DNA of 63,886 nt, the filler included, from Choristocarpus tenellus KU-1152 (Eukaryota > Protista > Phaeophyceae): assembly GCA_964200185.2 (NCBI GenBank). It is 12 parts of 12 records of this genome, joined end to end, with 100 filler letters (N's around TTAATTAATTAA, not from the genome) between each part and the next. Parts side by side here need not be neighbours in the genome. Positions count along the whole stretch, not along the records: positions 11,414 to 14,241 come from CAXNAD020024394.1; positions 14,342 to 16,987 come from CAXNAD020025994.1; positions 17,088 to 23,473 come from CAXNAD020008248.1; positions 23,574 to 32,399 come from CAXNAD020004290.1; 8 more parts are not named here. The stretch is one strand, 5' to 3'. A model generated the notes under the pieces. The model ran no database searches. It was not told the origin of the DNA and saw only the letters and a program-made list of their open reading frames with translations. This document shows positions 12,600 to 26,636 of the stretch, one piece after another. Numbering within the stretch: the first letter of the stretch is position 1; the number at the start of each line of letters is the position of its first letter. Made by a program: the position numbers and the translations under genes.

Positions 12600-13263
12600 A
12601 CTTGCCAAGGTGGTTGGAGTTTGCTGGGGAGAAGGCTTTTGGTGACTGGTTTTGATGGCAGGGATGCAGGACTTTCATTTGAGAGCAAGAGGCTCGTTGT
12701 ATGCACACATGTATGTATTAGTTTCAGGATAAGTCCATTGAGCATTGGTGTTTTATCAATAGTGGTAGCAGTCTGCTCCTGGTTACTTTGCTGTTCACTT
12801 TCCTATGACCCCCACCTCCTCCACTGTAGTTGTCGATTGTGTGGGTTCTGTTTGGGAGTGGGCATTGCAATTGTGATTTGTGTCATGAGTGTGTGTGTCA
12901 AGAGTTGGCACTGCTTTATTTTATTTTACAGTATTTTTGTGTTATTATTATTACTATTATTATTATTATCATTGTTATTGTTATTGCTATTGCTATAGTT
13001 TATATTATGGTGAGGAGGTGAGGAGTTGTGAGCAAGTATTCACGTTTGACTCTCAGTGAGGAAGGAGAGTTGAAGGTACTGTCTGACTGCTTATCCAGTC
13101 TAGAGTATGAACATGATACCAATTTGTGCTGGAAGTGAGGTCATCTTGAGAATGGTGACTCCTCTGTTGAGACCTGAGTAAGGTGTGGGTGACCCCGACA
13201 ACGGATATGAGTTGATGCTGCAGCACGTCGGAGTTGGGGGCTCTGAAGGCAGGACAGAATAAT

Positions 13264-13615
13264 CCTGTTGGCTACACCCGAATGCAAGTTATTCCATTGG
13301 CTAGATGTGGGATGCGGGCTCTCCTATTGACTAAATGAGGGACTTTCCTATTGGCTAGGTGTGGAATGCAGGCTATCCTATTGACTAGATATGGAAGGCG
13401 AGGCATCCCATTGGCTAGGTGTGGGATACAGACTTTCCTGTCGGTTAGATGTGGGTATGGGCCATCCTCTCAACTAAACGTGGAATTTGGTATATGCTAT
13501 TACTGGCTGTGTGGAATGTAGGCTATCCTATATATGGACTATATGTGGAACGTTGCCTATCCAATTGTTTACACACGTTCCAATGTACTGGATGTGGGAT
13601 GCAGGACTTCCTATT
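13264..13615. repeat. 30-bp degenerate minisatellite carrying ATTGG (CCAAT) motifs, ~11 units
   Basis: Consensus approximately CCTATTGGCTAGATGTGGRATGCAGGCTAT. Clear 30-nt period at 13347, 13377, 13407 and 13437. Confidence 0.88.
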
Positions 13616-14341
13616 TTTGTTAAAAATAAAAAATTGTGCTAAGTATTAAATCCCCTATCCCATTTTTTTTCGCGGGAATACCCTCACTATGAGGAAAACA
13701 CGCCTCCTGTGCCCGCCACCTCTACTTGCCCATCCAATGATACAGCTTTGGTGATCCACATTTGGATATCGTTCTCGTTGGGCTGGGATTTCTGTTGGTC
13801 CTTGTTATCTTCATTTCACTCTGGTGGATGGCCCCCCTCTCATTCTTTTGGCCTATGGCGTCTCTTAGTCCAGCTCATGTGTCGAGACATGAGCTGAACC
13901 TGTTTTGATGACATGTATTTTTTTGGCGGGGGGGGGGCTTGTGCGTTCACCTCCTGTTTGTGCAGTTGGGGGTGCAGTGGTTGGAGGCATTGTCTCTACC
14001 CTCTGACATGTGGTTTCTTTCGGTTGTTCTTGTCCTGCTCTTCTTTGGAGGGATCTGCCCTTCGTCTTGAGAGCTTGCCACGACCCGGTGACTGTAGTTG
14101 CCCAGCAGATACAGAGGTCCGAGCCGATCACAGTGGGGATAGTAGAAGGATCCAGAGTGTTGGTGTGGTCTGGGTCGCAACTGCCGGGGGGGGGGGGGGG
14201 GAAACCCCCCCTCCGGGGGGGGGGGGGGGGGGGGGGGGGGGNNNNNNNNNNNNNNNNNNNNNNNNNNNNNNNNNNNNNNNNNNNNTTAATTAATTAANNN
14301 NNNNNNNNNNNNNNNNNNNNNNNNNNNNNNNNNNNNNNNNN

Positions 14342-14360
14342 CCCCCAGATACTTTGGGTC
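14342..14360. mobile_element. MITE family 1 terminus at contig start
   Basis: cccccagatactttgggtc. Confidence 0.8.
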
Positions 14361-14419
14361 CTAGGACCCCAAGGGAGCAACCCATGAACTCTTTCAATTG
14401 TTAGCACAATTCGAGTTCA

Positions 14420-16300
14420 ACTTTGTGCCGTACAGAACTCAGGGGGGTATTGAACATCTTGCCAACAACTTCAGTAGTTTCTTGCATTATTTTCAGATAA
14501 TATTACTGTTCTGGCAACAGGAACCCTACCTAAGTAGTATGGTTCATGACATGCATTGCAGGAGAACAAAGCCTGTCACCTGGCTGCTGATTGACATGGC
14601 AATAACTTCTACCCCTTTTTATCATTATTTTCCTCAGGCCTCCATGATAACAGTGGAGGGCGAAGTGGTTGCTACCTCCAGGAGCACTTTCCATGTATCA
14701 CACTTAAGCCCATAGAGTTCTACTTGCTTCTTGTTGGACGCCCTGCTTCCTCTCCTGTCACAATTAATAATACTGTATTTTCCAGTCTTCCCATCCGTGA
14801 CGAGGAGATGTTAGGGCAGAGAGGTTACTGTGATGATGCAGCAGGTACGTACACTCCCCGTGAGGGTAGGGTGACAGACACCAGATACACTTGGGCATGG
14901 CACACATCTTTAGCCGTGTGACGGGCAAAGACAGGCAGGACAAAGCAAGACCTGATTTCTATGAAGTGGGGGGGAGAGATGGACAAAGACCTCTATGCTA
15001 CAAGAAATTCCTTCTATAAAGCAGTTTGCAAGAGCAGGTGACATGCTCGGGACTTGACACCTGGTGAATAGTTGGTGCACTTGGAGGTCAATAAATGTTT
15101 CACATCCCGACACCCCCTCAAGTTGTACTGGCTTTTATGGAGCTGTCGGTACTTCATGAACCTACTGTTGAGGGGTGCCTGTGATGAGCACACAAGATGA
15201 TTCCCCAAAAGAACATGAATAGAAAAGTTGATTTTTCAGCTTTTTACTTTTTTGATCTGTGCAAATAAATGGGAGACACCAGGGAAGAAGCTCCAGGTCA
15301 AGTATTTCCTAGTTGAAGATTTTCGGAATCTGGCAGCTGGGAATTACTGCTTTAGATTGGGCACCTCTTTGCACAGTAGTGGAGTCCAATCGGGACAAGC
15401 ATTAAAGACTTTACCTTCTTGACCTACAGCAAGGATGTCAATTCAGAAAGCTACGCCCATCAGTAGCTCTTTTTATGGCACAAGAAACTGTTGTTCTGGT
15501 ATTTTTTCTTGTTATGGAGTTAAGCAAGAGCATCAGGAAGCACCATCTCTTCAGGCAAAAAAAAAAAAATTCTTGTGGCAGAGTGAGAGACAGGCTCAGA
15601 CACATTGTGTTCCATCACCGTTCCTAACTTTTCGGGACACGGACTTTGGAGGTTTCAACACCGAGTGACTGCTTCCGGTCGGTATATCAGCAAGACCTCC
15701 CACTCACGTGTCGAATATTCACAGTGTTCACAAGAGAGTCCGAATAATCTAAATCAGACCTGTGACATAGTGTAGTATTTTGAAGTATGAACACAAGACC
15801 TGAGGTTTTCACTCGTAAAGAAACACGATAACAATTGCGGCAGAATGGGGGGAACTTGTCCACAGAAGACGCTCTTTCCAACTCATTCAAGGTGGGACAC
15901 GTGCAGGAGGAACACCAATGCGCCCCAGCTGTACTGATACCTCCTTCGCAGGTCCTTTGCCCTCGGTGAGGTTCAGGTCTTTCACCCGAAGCCTAAGCCA
16001 TGAAGTAGACCCAACACAGTATGCCTTTGAATGACACAAGAATGAATACAAAAACCGAAACCTTTCAAGAGGGGAATGAGACCGTTCTACGCGAGGATAG
16101 AAAGGTACACGCACACGCACACGCACCCCTCGGAGACTTGTACTGGAACATGTCGATCGACTCGTGTTCATGAAAACTTTACTCCCAACTTGGAATATCA
16201 ATAGTGGACTGCATAGAAGCAATAAAAGATATCGTACCCGTTGCGTTGAGGGGTTACATCCCTGGTCACGACCAAACACACCACTCCACTATACTCCCGT
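14420..16300 (-). mobile_element. Decayed Ty1/Copia pol remnant (integrase C-terminus, RT, RNase H)
   Basis: Degenerate motifs in Copia order on the minus strand: FL..SKAYCV (~16050), LRVK...DLDYSDS (~15800), LHKSQYNLR (~15130), then LYGLKCDTW, PLLSWR and VEVIAMS (~14720-14595). Many stops and frameshifts. Confidence 0.6.
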
Positions 16301-18143
16301 CTACACTAATAAAAAAAAATCCAATTGTTGGACATAGCAAGAGGGGTGGTGGTGGGTGGGGAGGGGGGGGGGGGGGGGGGGGGGGTGGCAGGAAATGGAG
16401 TAACACTCGGAACATTGAAGCAACTTCCCCAAGTACTGTCACGCTCAACTCACAAATTTCCTGCTACTATACCGTGACAGCCTATGGGGCTTGGAGGGGA
16501 GAAGCAACCCATCGCCCAAGTGAAGTCTTGCCCTTCCTCCCTGTGTGGCATAAGGAGTCCGGGAGCCTTTCCATGTGCACAGGGGTTAGTCCTCGGGGCT
16601 TGAGGAGGCTTGAGACAAGCTCCTCACTCAGAGCAAAAGGAGGCCCTCCCACCTGAGTCAAAGTGGCCAAGAGGGGGGGTGCCGCTAGCTGAGTTTTAAG
16701 GGGCCCTCTGACCATACGGTGGCACGCTTGTTGGAGCACTCAGTTCACTACATGGAATGCATTTCAGCTGTTTTGTGAGCACACTCAGTTTTCTGAAGCA
16801 ATTTCTTCTCATTGAGATCATCACCCTTCTTTATTGTATGTCCTAATATTCTTGTAACGAACTTGAAAAAAATGTCATCGATGTAAAAGATCAATTGCAG
16901 TCAGAACATACACCGATCTCAGTTGCTTTGACTCACCTGGCAGGAGAGCATCAGAGAGTGATGGGATGGAAGGCACTGGTGGGGGGGNNNNNNNNNNNNN
17001 NNNNNNNNNNNNNNNNNNNNNNNNNNNNNNNTTAATTAATTAANNNNNNNNNNNNNNNNNNNNNNNNNNNNNNNNNNNNNNNNNNNNTCACCATCTTATA
17101 AAAAACAAAAACAAGCGGGGGGGCCCTGAATTTTTTTCCCCCAAATAGGGGGGGGGGGGGGGGGGGGGGGGGGGGTATTACCATGTCTCTTTTTTCACTG
17201 GAACATTTAAAATACTGGTACAACATCTTTCACAGAAGGTGGGGAATTTGTAGTAAAACATGTAGAAAGCATGAATATTACCCATTTTCCAGTACCTACA
17301 AAACTGAAAATGACTCAACCAAGCGTATGTAAATGTGGGATTTGGTTTTCCTATGGAACAATTACGACCCTTGTTTCATGCTTCATTGCGACCAAACTAT
17401 GACAAAGTTGTCGCACACATACTTGTAACCAAAGGACTGGATGTACTTAAAAAACCTAGGGATCCCCAGCCGGAAGTATTCTCAAAATTTGACACCATAA
17501 TTGCTAAAGTTAGAACTGCCCCTCAACATAGTGCAATCCCATTGAGGAATAGTGCCGAACGGGAGTCTATACCTTCACAGGGTGTGCGTGAGTTTTTGTA
17601 TGTGTAATGAGCGTGAAAGTGGGCCATGCAGTTTATGCAGTTGTAGCAGAAAAAGAGTGAAGCGTGTGCGATTTTCGGATGCAGGGTGTGAGAGCTGATG
17701 TGATCCAAAGTTTCAGCGCAGTAATAGCCAATTGAACCACCTTTCCACCCACAAAACGTATCAAGTTCTAGATGTAGCTACGGTGCTGTCATGGTGCTGA
17801 TACAACAAAACCTGTCACTGGTTCCGAGCACTCTTAATCTAATGATAGGACAAGAATGATGCCACAATGGACCAGTGGACGAAGACGAGTGGGGGGGGGG
17901 GCAGGAGCATGAGCTCTCATATCTTATCTCCCTCTGATTTGTTTTCATTTGCATCCTTGTGCAAATTCCACTTCAGACACCTTAATCACAGACACCCAGA
18001 CTAGAGGTGATGCTCCATACATTTTCTCATTCTTGGCAAACACCTGTCCATGTATCTCACCAAAGGACTAGGGAGACATCAAATTTAGAGACAGACGAGG
18101 AAGGGGGAGGAGGAAGAGACTGCAGGACTAACTGTGCACAAAC

Positions 18144-21100
18144 CTTGTCCTCAGGAACTTGCCGGAGGTCTTGCAGCAGCCGACCCATGTTTAGGGGGCC
18201 TGGTAGCTCTTTTGGAAGGTCCATGTCCAAGGCACTTCCATCAACACTGATGAACGCCAATGTACCTTGATGAGTAGATGTGATGAGTAGATGCGTGTGG
18301 GTGCCAGTGGATGAGGGCCCAAGTTATGTCATATTGAGTTAATATATTGCTATGCCTACATGCAGTAGAAGAAAACCCCCGCAACGAGGCCTCTAAGGAC
18401 CCTGGATGGTGCACAAAGGAGAGCATCATTTACAATAGATAACCCCCAAAGCAGTTGTTACGTCAGCATTGGGGGTTCCTCTTGCACCTACAACAGATGA
18501 AGGGTCAGAGTGCCTGGGGGGGAACAGTATTCAAGACCACAATGTTCATGTCCAACAAGGGACCAATCCACTCATAATACTCCAAAAATCCCATCTATCC
18601 CCTTCATTCTCATCGGGGCATGGTCAAAGAAGCAAAAAACAACAAAATGTAGTAAACAGCTTGTGTCTAGTGAGTTGGTGCCTTAAGTTATGCCTTGGAG
18701 CACACAACACAATCCTTAACTACGCAAAAACAACAAACTTTGTCCAGCACTCGTACCACCCCTGAGAAGGTTCCCCCAAATCAAGAACAATTCATACCAC
18801 GCACCTTCAAAGAGGTTGGTTCTTGTCCCCAAGTAGGCCATATCACCTCCTCCAGAAGATGCCAAATGGAACATACCTGGCCCCTTGCACTGCACTGCTA
18901 AGTCTGCCCGTGAGCCCGGCCCCATTAACACTGATGGTTGCCTGCGAGGGCTGGGCAGGTATACCCCATCTCTTGCTAGTGTCAGCAACATACAACCCCC
19001 TTCCCCATCCACCTTCCCAGCAATCTCATTGCTACCTAGAGTGATATTGAAGTGGTCATTGACACCGGCATGTACAAGACGGAGTCGTACAGCCTCTCCG
19101 GGGGCAATGCGAAGGACAGGCTGGAACTGGCCATTTGCCTGGGGGGAGGAAGAGCAAGTACACATATACCTGAGTGTCTCATTCTACATGCATGTTGTGT
19201 GTTACATTCAGGGCCTTGGCAGGTGCAAGGGCAGCGGCAGCAAGGGAGGGAGTGATCCAAAGCCCTGCAAATCCTCAATTAAAATGCATACTTTATCACT
19301 TCTTCTTCGACACTTTGTTGGGGAAATCCAGAAGCCGTTCTCGCCCTGCCACAACTTTCTTGATTTTAATTCTATCTTCTACTCAAAGAACTCTGTCCAT
19401 GGGAAGGGGCTAGGACCACTACTCGCCATTCAAACTAAATTCTTTCAAGCACTAAAATGTTGAAATAGTGATAAAACATCCATCCATTCACAAGGGATGC
19501 AGGGCAGGAGCAAAGAAGGTTGTCTACACGGGACGGTGGGGACACATACTGACACAAAGTGCAGCTGCAGATCCGCCTTTTTTCTCCCTCCCCGGGAGGC
19601 CCACAAGGGCATATGACTGCCAGAGACACGGGAAACAGCAGCATAGTTACGGAGAACGCCTGTCCATATTCAGGAGAGGAGGCAGAAGGAGCAGCAACAA
19701 CCATTTCAAGCAAGTTCTATGTGATGAGGGTCAGAGAATGTTGACTGATTCAAGGGTGTGGAATTTAAAAGGTTTATGAAGGAGAGGATCTGACACCAAT
19801 ACATTTAGTGTCTCCTAAGCCTCATCCCAGCACAGGGAAGGAGGGGGCACAACTATGTAAGAGTGGAATGAAGTACCCTCAAACAAGAAAATGAGTCAAT
19901 CAGACCAACAATAAAGATACACATTCCGGGTAGGAGGATAAATGGTACAGAAAGTAGCAATTGAACCAATACATTTGGCTGTGTGCCAATGTCAAAGTGA
20001 GCTAATATGATTCCATTGCCCTGCATCATCAATCATGAAATCACTTGGCATAACTCAACAATGGATGGACATTGAGGGTGGAGCAGGTTGGGGGAAAGTG
20101 AATCAGCTGTTGGCAGATGGATAAACGTATCACCTTTTGTGCGATCTTGCTACCTCTGGGGGAATTTGTATAATAGTCCAAGCAGTGATTTGGAGGGGAA
20201 AATATGTGAGGCAAGTTATCTGCTCAAGTATGGTGTGTGTTAGGCTGAGTAGTGCTGTGCTATGTGTCAGGATGACTGCAGTCTGGAGATGACAACAGAA
20301 AACTATCCCACAGAATAAATGTCAAAGGGATGCAAGAAATAAGCCCACCCCCACCCCCACCCTTCTGGATTGTTGTCTGTCCACATAATCACAAGTGAGG
20401 TGGACAATGTACAACACACTGACTATAACAAAGAGGAAGTCACTTCTCCTGGGGATGGTGTTCCTTACCCGATTCAACATTGACCTCCTGCAATAGCACA
20501 ATCAGATCTCGCATGGCACCCAGTTGAGTTGGTATGGTCTCAGGCGGGTCCTCCACCACAATAGCTCCAGCCATTCCTCCCAGCACCTGAACAGAGCTCG
20601 ATCCCTCTGAAACAGAGAAGGCAGTAATTTGGGGCAGAAAAGGTGAGGCACCACATGAGCAGAGCCAAATGGTGGGCATGGTTGAAAGAGGGTTAGGGAT
20701 GCGCCTGCCTGGCCGTCCATTGTTCGCAAGGATATCACATGGGCAATATTGGGTCATTCTGTACAAAGGAGATATATATTCAACCATTTCTCCTATTGAT
20801 GAAAATCTCCTTCCAATACATTGCCGCGTCAATGTTTTTCAAGAGTATAAGCAGTATGGCTGTTGGCATGCTCAAAAAAATGTAGTAGTAGCAAGAAAAG
20901 GCTTCGAAATAAACCACAATTGCCTCCTGCCATTCCCCAGGGCAACCCATGAGCATTGGGTGCTGTTTTACTACTGATGGACTAGTTCTCTGCTATGCTT
21001 TGCATTTATTGCTTGGTTGTTTCATCTCCTCCCCTGCTGTGCACAGATTATCACGGAAGAAATGGAACGTACCTTTCCACACCATCACCAATCTACAGCA

Positions 21101-22943
21101 AATGAGCCCCGCAGCACGTGCCTCCTCATTTCCATTTAAAGAAGTACAAACATGAGCTAAGTACGAACATCAGCCTTCCATATCTATGCCCCACTGCCCT
21201 GCCTTTACTACAGTAGAACCAACTGGTCATGGATATGAGAGAGCAAGGACACCAATCCAGCACAATCTCCTTCAACCACACGCACCATAGTGAGGGTGGT
21301 AGAAAAAGGTCCCTGGATAGTGATCCTCAGGCAGTTTATAGACATAATTGAAAGCCTGGCCAGGGCCCACTCTCCTGTGACAACAGTAGTCCGAGGCAGG
21401 TAACAGCAACACAAGGGAAGGGTGTGTGAAATGTGTTTTTGTTCATGCTTGGGGGCTACAGCGACAAGAGAGACTCAGGGCATTTCCCCAACCATCTGCG
21501 CACAAGTTCAACTCCATGCACAAACATAAACAGCGAGATCCCTTGTCTTAAGAGCTTGCTTTTGATGAAGCCAGTTGAAAGGTCAGTCTGTACCTCATAC
21601 CCCAAAATTGAATTCGATGCCTGCTTGCTACAGAAAGGCTGTGCTTGGATGCAATCTATTTTTTTCTCAGGAGAGTCTCAAGGGAGCCATACACAATATT
21701 CCAATGTGTAGAACTCATCGAAAGTTTGATCCATGCATATTTACGCAATGTTTTCTCACAAAGTTATCTACAGCTAGTTCTACCGACCACATTGGTCATT
21801 GCCTGGTCCATGTAGGAAACAGGGATCGAAAATTCTCGTAAACTGGTGTTTACTTTCGTCTCTTCTACCAGAACATATTTCGTACTAACATCTAGGGTAT
21901 GTGGAAATTCGTGTACCTGTATATATTATCTGCGTGGTCTGATGGTGACACGTGAAGACCGTGGACATGGATATTGGTAGAATTCGGCCAACCGACCACC
22001 TTTCCACGCAATGTCTCTTCCTTCGTCGACAGATTTCTTCCCTCGGGGTCCAGGGCTAAGTTGTTCACCACCTCCAACTCGAGGCAGTCACCAGGCTTGA
22101 TGCGGAGTGTTGGGCCAGGGACAGCTCCCTCGTAGGCCCGGACATTGAGGAGGATGGGATCAATTTTCCGTGGGGGTATACTTGGCCCAATGGGGATGGC
22201 AGTCGCAGCCACGACTAGTTGGGTGCGTAGAACGCTGTCTGCGGAGGATCTTGTCTCAGGCTCCACAAAGTTTTGCGAGAGCGCTGTGGGGGCCTTCGCT
22301 GCAAGGAGCTGAGAGATAACCAGTTGGGATGAAATCAACTTTAAGGTGAGGTATCGACAAAGGGCTGGGGTACACCCCCGATCTGGTACACTGATGAGGG
22401 TGTCGTTGCATTAAAAAAGGCAATTGTAGATCTGATGGGATCAACGGACGAAGAATGGGGCTTTGGGTACAGACAGATGTTGCTTGCGGTCGCACCAAAT
22501 ACATTGGCGCGATGGACCTACATCGAGTTCCGAATAGCGTTGTTCATGGGTTAACTATTGACTAGTAAGTGTTATTGGCGAAGAAATGGGGTGCATTCTG
22601 AACTAAAGGATGTATACATGACACTCCATTAACAAGGGAAAACAAGACATACGTCTTGGAAACAACTTACACGAGCGACCCCTACAGTGGACCTTGTCCT
22701 TTTTTGTTAGAGTCCTGCTTCAACTCACACCTGTTCCCATGTCAAACCTTGTCGACGAGGCTTTCTGCACACGGCAGCGACAGCGACAATAACAACAACC
22801 AACACCAACCCAGCAAATAGCCTCTTTCGCCCTTGGTTGGGTGCAAGGTGGTGCCTGAAACGTGCCTCTCCTGATACGATGTGCAACGTAGCGATCCCCT
22901 GAGGGAGATCCCCTCGGATTGGTTCATACTCCAGTCGCTTCAT
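18144..22943 (-). CDS. Multicopper oxidase (cupredoxin domains 1-2) with N-terminal transmembrane anchor; C-terminal domain missing from contig
   Basis: Seven phase-consistent GT-AG exons: 22943-22731, 22308-21917, 21374-21286, 20606-20469, 19659-19550, 19138-18805 and 18265-18144. Motifs PGPTLRIKPGD, TNIHVHGLHVSP, PGTFFYHPHYEG..QVLGGMAGAIVVED, ANGQFQPVL..RLRLVHAG, ARDG and PGSRADL. Confidence 0.93.
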
Positions 22944-23899
22944 CCACTCCTCATCAACCCTTACGATTATGTATCTAGAAGTACTTCTAAGTACAAGTTA
23001 TAAGGTGAACACTCATATTACTGTTTGTTCTTGGAGATATACTCAAATATATTCAAATTTCATCCCACCTCCAATGTTCGAAAGTAAGTATGTTGGCGTC
23101 CTCTTTTGAAATAGGGTATAGTGGTACCAGTACCTTATGGGTCTGGGGTTGTCCCATCAAAACTTTTGATGTAGACATCAAATAAAAGAAATAGAACCAT
23201 ATTCGTGATGCCCGTCACAATACACTCCAGAGTATGGGCTTCGGGTTTTTTTCCATTTTTTTTCTTTTTTTGAAGAAAGACTGGTCATATCGGGCTTCGA
23301 TCCTTGGATTGTAGGTCACACAAGAGTGGCACAGATGCACCATTACTTGATTGAAGTATAGTTTAAGTGGAAAAAAAGCCTCCCCACCCTTTCTTCCCGT
23401 GTGTTAGCGCACCCACTCATTGACCTCGGTAAGGCTGTCCTCGTCGAGGCCCATGACGAAACACCTCTCATAGNNNNNNNNNNNNNNNNNNNNNNNNNNN
23501 NNNNNNNNNNNNNNNNNTTAATTAATTAANNNNNNNNNNNNNNNNNNNNNNNNNNNNNNNNNNNNNNNNNNNNATTCTACAGTGTGGGGTTTGTAATCGT
23601 CCACACTAATTTACTATGAATTACTTATTTACTTATCTTAAGTCCCATATATGATATATTAACTGATGATCAAGTATCAGGTCCTACCATACCAACTGAA
23701 ATATACGGAAACATATATCTGACTCTACCTTTCCTCCATTACTCCACCAGTGGTGTCTGCATTTCCTAATCTACTCCACCGATGGTGTCTATAGTGTATC
23801 AGCAGCACTATCTACGAACATGTTGTCATTTCTTAATCTATGTAAGTACCATGCTGTGTTTTTTTACTCTCTGCAATATCCTTAGAAATTTGGGGAGCT

Positions 23900-26292
23900 T
23901 TCTCTTACCAGTTTGTTGTGTTTCTTCCTCTTCAACGTGTTTTTGAATAAGAACTCATTCTGTCTTCTGTGTGTCATCAGAACGTTCTGCTTGTCTCCCT
24001 TCATTTCATACTAGGTAGATATATTGGTCCTTCCTTCGCTGCGATGTAAGAGTATGGTCATAAACATGCCAATCTGGTTGGCTGGCTTGGCAAGGGAGAT
24101 CGATTCCCCTTCAGTGTGGTCAGCTCTGGATCATATGGGTTTGTGAATGCAAACCTAACGTTTCGATCTATTCTCGCATAGTCAATCTACCAGATTGCCA
24201 TAGGAATGATGACAAGCTTGCATTGTGAGGGAAGGGAGGACTAGTACAAATAGATTGATAGATAGTCATGTGTGTGTAGTAAGTTGATATCGTAGGCCAA
24301 GAGGTGTGTGGAGGGAGTAGAGAGAGATATGATGTATGAACAGTACATTTTTTTTGGAACGGGAGATTACATATTCTAAATGTTTTTATCTATTGCATAT
24401 TTTGAAACCGTCTTGGTAAAATAGAGAGTCAGATAAAGCGTGCTGCGCAAAACCATAAATATACAGTTATTGCCTCCATAAACCTTTACAAATGTAGAAG
24501 ATTGAATGGTGTGGCTGACCTTACCTGGGGTTGGGACCTTGGCAAATCAGACTAGTGCACACAGTAAACCCTGGTGTTGCCGTTAATTTCCTCACGAGTG
24601 GATGCGATATTACGATACATACAAAACGCTTTACGAAGCACTTCCTCGACAGAGTGGGAGAAGTAATTGTTGTACACACTTCAGACAGTTTGTGTGATCG
24701 TTCTGGATGAAATCAAGAACAGAGACATCGGCAGGCTGCTTTGGGTGGCCCCCTCCCCTGATTAACATTGATCGGCATACAATACTTGAGTGGGTTTTGT
24801 ATTATATCGGTATGCATTGAGCTCCATAGTCAGGTCTGAAGTATTTGACTCCTTTATACAATAAAAATAGTGTGCGATTGACCACAGACTTGGGGCGATA
24901 ATAGCATTGGTTGCGTCAAGACTGTACATATGGTTATCCTACTTGCACTGTAATGAATGTGGCATCCAGGTTATCACTGGCGCCAGAGAAAGTTACTAAC
25001 CTTGACCAACCCACAATGGGCGGCTGACTGATGGCGTCAAAATCTTGCCCACCCCACACCCCAGCCTAGCTTGATAATGACAGGAAGGATTTACACAATT
25101 TTTTGTTTCTACCACCTGATGCTTCGCAGACAGTGCTACACCAATCATTTTATATCAATTCGCCCCTGCTGTGAGGGAAAGATGTTTGTATATCAAAATC
25201 AACGAGAAGAGTAATTCCACTAATAATACAATCGATCATTTGCTTGAACTGGAAGTATTCCATTACCTGACGAAACAATATCTTTGGTCAAGGAAGGATA
25301 GTAGTAGTAAGCAACCTGTGTCCATTGTGTTATTTTTCCCCAACGACCAGCTGATATGTTGGTGTAAGAAGTGAGTTGCTTCGAGAACTAGACTCAAATG
25401 GTTTACTATGCACTTACTATGACGACCCTCATGAAACTCACAAAATCCGGCATTGGTCAAATACGTTCATTGACCTGCGGCGAACTCGGATATTGAAAGA
25501 CGACAGCACTAACTCTCTGGAGGAGATACACATAAGTGATAATATTGTGGTTGAGGGTACGATCTCATGTCAAAGGGAGTGCCGGTGCTCAAGAGGCCAA
25601 ACTAAAGTGATCGAACGTGATGATATCCTAATTTCGAACAGGATGACTATGAGAGAAGAATAGATCCCCAGGACCTCAGGGCTGGGCAGTCTCACTATAA
25701 CAAATAGTAAGTCATCGCTGTACTTTGAAAGGGATAGCGTGTCGTACATATAGTGAAGTAGTAGTATGTACCAGCAATAAACTAGTCCAATTGATGATGT
25801 CTTCAAAGTACAAGTATGATGGGAACATATTTATATACCACTAAGGCGATGGATGCTCCTGATAAAGACTTGATCTTTCCGGTATGGTGAGGAAACCTAC
25901 TCTGGTATTGTCCTAGCACCCTCTTTCTTATGAGACAAGTAAGCAAGCTGAATGGAGGGGGGGGGGCAATACGACAGTGGGGTGGTGCCTCCAGAATGCA
26001 TGCTATTTCCTTCCGAGTACAATATCTCACGCCCTGGACAACATAACGCATTCATAACACAGGGCGAACAATTACGGACTATCTTCTTTTTCTGGATGAG
26101 GAATAGGCTCGTGGGATGGTGTCAGTTGGCAATGCTAGTGGAAAATGAGGTGGGTGGTACTTTTCAATCCCCCCACAACCCATCACTACAATCACTCACT
26201 GTGTGGGGAGAGAGAAAATGAAATGTATACAAGTGTACAGGAAGGCGTCTCATTGGTCAACTCTCTACAAGGAAGGGTAGGGGGCGGAGGAT
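23900..26292 (+). mobile_element. Highly decayed Gypsy-like pol/integrase remnant
   Basis: Fragment DHLLELEVFHYLTKQYLW (25234-25290) resembles the integrase Zn-binding H..G..T...L...Y.W segment. A PPT-like AGGGGGCGGAGGA followed by TG lies at ~26279-26293. Boundaries are approximate. Confidence 0.35.
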
Positions 26293-26636
26293 GCAGTTCA
26301 TACCGCATACTCAAATATTCTGTTTTTCTATGCTATGTAATTGTTCTATTTTGTTGTAGCTCACAGTACTCTAGAGTTATGGCTAGACCAGTCGTCATGT
26401 TCCTTTTGTATTTTTTCTCGGGAGATTTGGGGCAGACTGTAAGTAGTTGGGGATGAAGTCTACTTTCTTAAGGTTAATGTTTTAGTAAAAGCGTCACGCG
26501 GCTGTACGTGCTTACGCTTCAAAGTTGGAAGTAGTGTTAAAATGATGAAGAAGCTATCGATGTACGTGAAGAGGTGTTATAGTGCCTGAGGATGCAATTT
26601 GCGATGAGAGGAGTAATGAAATTAGCACATATTTGT

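Noticed and set aside
12621-13021. Hydrophobic ORFs ending in poly-Leu/Ile
   Set aside because: Translation of a (TTA/TTG)n microsatellite.
13264-13615. CRISPR-like repeat/spacer appearance
   Set aside because: The variable parts are short and mutually homologous, the repeats are degenerate, there are no cas genes and the context is eukaryotic. It is a minisatellite.
13700-14241. ORFs with a VIGSD protease-like fragment
   Set aside because: A single weak motif, truncated by poly-G and the gap.
18885-19463. 192-aa plus-strand ORF
   Set aside because: Antisense shadow of multicopper oxidase exon 6 plus intron.
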